Positions 59,215-64,000 of a stretch of DNA of 64,000 bases are shown in pieces. The number at the start of each line of letters is the position of its first letter. The stretch's first letter is position 1. The position numbers and the translations under genes are program-made. The notes below the pieces were generated by a model that worked only from the letters and a program-made list of their open reading frames with translations, ran no database searches and was not told the origin of the DNA. This DNA is from Mytilus californianus (taxonomy: Eukaryota). The DNA lies in the NCBI RefSeq assembly GCF_021869535.1, contig NW_026262696.1, positions 1,612,001 through 1,676,000 on the forward strand, in the 5' to 3' direction.

Positions 59215-61000
59215 TTAAATTTGTGGCGGAGGTCGAGATTTAAATTTGGCCTCTGCTTTCGGTCCTAGCTGATTATCGTGAAGCCACATAGCGTGTTGGG
59301 TTGGTTCACCAACTATATGAGCAAGATACGATCTATTTCCGATTATAATTTTCTGTGCTAGAAATCTTTTAACTTTTAATTGCCTTGGAGACGTAGATTC
59401 GCTAGACACGTCAACTTCATTAAAGTTAATAAAATACTGATCTTTGAACCTAGCTGGTCATTTCTTAGTACGCTTTGGGCGAGACATGGCTTTACTATTT
59501 TCAACAAATAAAATATTGTCTGATTTGCGTGTATTATCAGAGTCGGAAATATTATTTGATAAATTGTCATAATTGGTGTTTGAGTTGTCATTCACATGCG
59601 TACTATCCTCGTCAAATGATATATGATCTTGCACTTCAACGTCGTCGAGTTTCGTAAGAACAGGGTCCATAAAATATTTTGACGGATTTGGTTTTCTTAC
59701 ATAAGCAGATTTCAGTCTATTGATATGCACTGGTTGTGATATTACTTTGTTCGTGTTTGGGTCCTTCAAAGTATACATATGAGGACTATTTACTGTTGAG
59801 ATCACATATGGACCGGCAACTTCATTCTTAAATTTTTGTCCTGATCCGGTTGGCTTTTTTAACAAATAAACATAGTAGTTTTCAAGAAATGAAATATTTG
59901 GTATTTTGTCCTTATTAGTTCGGTCATCATTTAAACTTTCGAATTTATAGAATTTTTCTCGACTTCAGTACGTATAATGTTTATCTTTTCACATTGCTGT
60001 TTGAGATACGTATGACAATCTTTAGGTAGAGACGAAAAGTCTGTGTCCTTAATATGCAATGACAACGGAAATTGCGGTCTTTTTCCATACACTATTTCAA
60101 AAGGCGAAAATCCAACACTTTGGTTTGAAGTATTGTTCATCGAAAATACTATTCCCGGTAATACATCCTCTCATGGTTTTCCTTTTAAAATAAACGGTGT
60201 TAGTCTTTCAGACAAAGTTCTGTGAGGTCTCTAACAAGCTCCCAAACAGTGCTGAGCGAAGCTGGGGGTATATTCCTGAATAATATCCAATAAGCGACAA
60301 ACTTCTCGGAAACATTTACCAATAAATTCCGATCCTTGATCACTAATGATAGTTCGACAAACTCCAAATTGCGTGACTAACTTAAAAAGAGCATGTCCGA
60401 CTGTTAACGGATCAGTGTTAGGCATCGGCTCTGCAAACATGTATTTACTAAATAAATCAATTGCAGTGAAAATATAAGAATTGCCACTACGAGAGACAGG
60501 GACGGGTCAATATTGAAGGTCCATTTCCCAAACTTCAAATGGTGCACACGGCGTAGGAAATGACGTATTGCAGCTTTAGTTTTTAGTGTGGTATTTTTCC
60601 TGCTTTGACATTCATGACATGAACGAATATAATCAGTTACTTTTTCACTCAAATTCGGAAAATAGTACTGTTCTTGGATTAAATCAAGAGTATTTTGTAT
60701 ACCGCAATGTCCGCCTAACGTTGAATCATGATGTAATTCAATTATTGTTTTAGTGAAATTTCGGGAACAACTAGCTGAAAATTATTCATTGTTTTTGAAC
60801 GGACTGATTTCCTATTTCGTGTATGAAATAATATGCCATTGATCAAATGAAAATTTGGTATTAATAAAAGAAGTCTGCGCGCTTCTCTCTGCAGTTTTGG
60901 TAGTTTGTTTCTTTCAAGATACTGAATCAACGGTCTGCAGTTTGTGTCATAGCCCTGCAATTCATATATCGAATCGACACTCAATCCCTTTTCCCGAAAA
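59215..61000 (-). pseudogene. Gypsy integrase, frameshifted
   Basis: HHCC zinc finger HDSTLGGH..CHEC (60610-60730), core IISDQGSEF, SPFEIVYGKRP, GPY motif (AGPYVI..VHINRLK), and a chromodomain-like C-terminus. Confidence 0.9.
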
Positions 61001-61599
61001 ATTTCAATCGATGTCAAAATATTTACATTTGAATCATTATCAACACCAGAAAGAGAGTCTCGGTTTTTGGTAGAATTGTTCGGGGTTTCATTTTCACTAG
61101 AATAAGTAACCTGCGTTTCATTAACGTCTGTACTTTGTTCAACTTTGTTCGAATCCTGTATATTATCACTTGCAGTGCTTTGATTAAATATTTTGTCTGG
61201 CTCTTCATTTTGAGAACTTTCAGTGCTTTGATTTAAAAATATTGCATCACATTGAGAAGTAGCACTATCAGTACTTTGATCAAATATTTGGTCCGATTTT
61301 TGTAAATTAGTCGACTGAGTGATTTGTTGATAAATTTTGTCAAACTGGTTCAACTGATCAGAAATCGACATTTGAGTATGTTTTGAATCAAAATCGGTCA
61401 GTTTATTCAAAGGTTCTGATTCTTTCACTACGTTATATTTCTTTCGAGGGTAAAGTTGTATCGTTTTTCGCGGTTTACGTTTCTTTGATACATGTATATA
61501 CTGTTGATCAATGTCTTCAGTGTCAGCATCATATTAATTTACAGTTTTATCAGAAATGTTAACATGGGCAGACTGGTGTACAGAAATTTTATCTAGTTG

Positions 61600-62710
61600 C
61601 CGCCCCGGGAGTCCTGCCCTGTGAACCCCGGGTTTACACACTGTGGACTCTTATGGCCCGCTTGTCCACAAATATGACAAATAAAAGAGAAATCTATATC
61701 TCCCTGTTCATTCCAGTTGCAGACACGTGCAAAGTGTCCAGGCGCTTGACATTTACGGCACAAATCACGATCAGATTGAGATAACTGACAAGTTTTGACA
61801 CGGCTTGTGTTAGACTGTTTATTTGTCCTTGTAATCCACTAACCACATCAGTTTTGAAATTGTTTAAATCTTTCATCGCAGCGGGTGTGTTAATGGCAGA
61901 TTTAGTAACAGCAGCTACGAGCGGTGCATCATCTTTTCGATAGCCGTAAGCTTCGCCCATTTTGGCAGCTGCTAGGCAATTTGCGCTATCATTATGGTGA
62001 CCTGCCCGAACAAAAAAGGCGAGTTGGTCAGGCAACCCCTTTATACATTTAATCAGTATTTCGTCATCACTTTTGTGCAAAATTGTTGCTTTTTCAAGTA
62101 GTTGAGCGTAAAAATCGTCAATTGATTGCCCTTTATAAAGTTTTAATGTTTCAAATATTTCATCTTCAAGAAGTATACATGTAGTTGGACTTCGAAAATC
62201 ATCATCAATATATTGCTTCTTGTAAACCTGTTCAAAAGTTTGCCATAATTGTTTATTGTCGGCTGGAAGAGTATTGAACCAAGTTAAAGCTGGGCCACAA
62301 AGGTGCAAATGGAAAGCGGCAATTTTTCTAGCATCCTCTTCCGGTAATATATGATGCAACACGGCATAAGACTCGAACTCACTCAAAAACTGATATGCAT
62401 TTTCATGTGGATATCCCCCAAATTTTCGACAATTTGCTAACTTTTCCATTTTGTGAAAAGAATTATATTTGAAATTTGATATGGAAGGTTGAAATTCGTC
62501 GTCAAGTGTTGAAGAAACTACGGTATTTGGCGTACTAGAAGAAGTGGTAAAATCTGAGGTTTGAAATATATCAAATGGTGTCCAGGCAGGGGTAGCTGGT
62601 GTCTCTATATTTGGCAAACTAAACGAAGTATCTAACTGTAGTGGAGAAGCCGGTGGTTGAAATAAATAGCCACTATCGGGTTCTATGTCGTCTGTTATTT
62701 GGATATACAA
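61600..62710 (-). pseudogene. Gypsy gag with two CCHC zinc knuckles after a frameshift
   Basis: ORF 61694-62710 (KFGG..FLSEFESY..ALTWFNTL..W..FEQ). CRKCQAPGHFARVC at 61719-61760 and CHICGQAGHKSPQC at 61638-61679. Confidence 0.88.
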
Positions 62711-63042
62711 TAGAAAGTCTCTGTAAATACAGACTCGTTGTCGGATTCCGACATTTACTCATTAAAATACAATGTTGTATATACAACACGGAAAAAAATC
62801 AGTAATGAGAACAATCTCACATACTATACACTCTGCTGTAACTAAGTAGACGAGCAGAAATGAGATAAATCTCACATTCTACATAAATGAAAATAATACA
62901 AGCAATGCATACTATAATAAATCTTTATTTTGGCAATCTTCAACTATCCTAAGTAAATTCGAATCAACCACAAACGGGCCAAATATGGATGTGGGTGAAT
63001 ACTATCTATATAAAGACCACAGTTATTTGAACATACAGGCGT

Positions 63043-63091
63043 ACGGCCATGGTGTTTTCTTACTTAAAACGGCCATGGTGTTTTCTTACTT
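63043..63091 (+). repeat. 23-bp direct duplication (acggccatggtgttttcttactt)
   Basis: Copies at 63043-63065 and 63069-63091. Confidence 0.85.
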
Positions 63092-63713
63092 TAGGTAAGT
63101 CCAAACCAAAATCTGGTGAATGAACACGAAGCAAAATATTTGTTTCCCTAATAAATCCATTGACCTCGGCAATCTGACATTCTAATAACCTATCCTGCGC
63201 ACGAAACTACTATGGTTCAGGATGTTGTTGAAATAAATTCCACAAATAAATTGAATAGTATGGAACCTCGAGAAAAACAAGTTTAATTGTCGGGTAATCT
63301 GAAAGGAACTTGTAAATTTGTTTGTATGTATCACATATGTGTTTTACTCGATCATTATTATCCGATCGTAACTGAATAAATTTTCCAGATTTTCCGTCAG
63401 GTCACAAGTACCTAGCCAAATGTATATTGTAAGATGTCGTGAGGAAAGTTCCTGAATTTTAGATTCTAAATTTTCATAAGCCAAGTAAACTGAGTTTCAG
63501 TGTCCGCAACACTTTTCCACCACCAAAATATTTTATTTTCAGGATGTGATGACCAGTCAACAATGTTAGCTAAATATTTGGCCATGCTATCAGACAATAC
63601 AACAGGTATTGTGCGCAAAAGAGGCGCTTGGTGAATTATCTGCTCTTAATTACACACTTGTTTACTCACACGGGCAAGACTCGTTTATAATGGCGAATAG
63701 ATGTGAAAAATAA

Positions 63714-63899
63714 TTATCAATCCGAGATCTGATAATCCGTGATAAAAGATTATCAATCTGAAATAACGGATTATCAATTCGAGGTCACAGATTAGCAATC
63801 TGAGATCACAGATTGTCAATCCAAGACCATGGATTGTCAATCCGAGATCACGGATTACCAATCCGAGATCAAGGATTATCAATCCGAGATCACGGATTT
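63714..63899 (+). repeat. 21-bp minisatellite (tcaatccgagatcacggatta), about 9 copies, each unit a small hairpin
   Basis: atccg..cggat inverted arms within the unit; probably the interior of a MITE. Confidence 0.85.
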
Positions 63900-64000
63900 A
63901 ATTCATTTTTTTACGTGTCCCTTTATGGCTTCCATAGTTAAACGACTATACCCTTTTACATTTTGTTTACAAAACGTTAAAACAAGATAAATTATTCACA

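Larger units (their letters stand above)
57520..62900 (-). mobile_element. Decayed Ty3/Gypsy LTR retrotransposon: gag + integrase, no protease/RT/RNase H
   Basis: See the gag and integrase features; 1.5-kb AT-rich non-coding 3-prime region. Confidence 0.85.

Noticed and set aside
62700-64000. 5-prime LTR and primer-binding site of the Gypsy element
   Set aside because: No sequence matching 57520-57719 and no clear TGG-initiated PBS was found upstream of gag.

Overview
AT-rich eukaryotic genomic DNA, most likely a bivalve and probably Mytilus (inferred from repeat families I recognise, not from a database search). Two large genes converge. (1) On +, a 5.3-kb single (probably terminal) exon, 13-5355, encodes a Gln/Asn/His/Thr/Pro-rich low-complexity protein with internal repeats and one small Cys-Trp module. 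(2) On -, a gene of at least 34 kb (about 50945 to 17072) has a candidate signal-peptide exon, eleven phase-1/phase-1 cassette exons (C1-C11) encoding about 830 nearly proline-free Gly-X-Y triplets (GDK/GEK/GTQ/GMT), and candidate basic Tyr/Arg-rich C-terminal exons. Six of the eleven collagen exons are damaged: five nonsense codons, one frameshift, and a SINE inserted with a target-site duplication. The other five are open, so the gene is either a recent pseudogene or rescued by in-frame exon skipping. The rest is a mosaic of non-autonomous transposons (Helitron, HINE/pearl-like satellite carriers, MITEs, SINEs), hammerhead-ribozyme retrozyme-like repeats, a decayed LINE, and a Gypsy element with gag and integrase but no protease/RT/RNase H. 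The octamer TACATGTA, the classical Tc1/Tc3 excision footprint, occurs at least 20 times. Several paired comparisons inside the window show TA expanded to TACATGTA, and two copies lie in frame in coding sequence. All coordinates and counts were made by eye.
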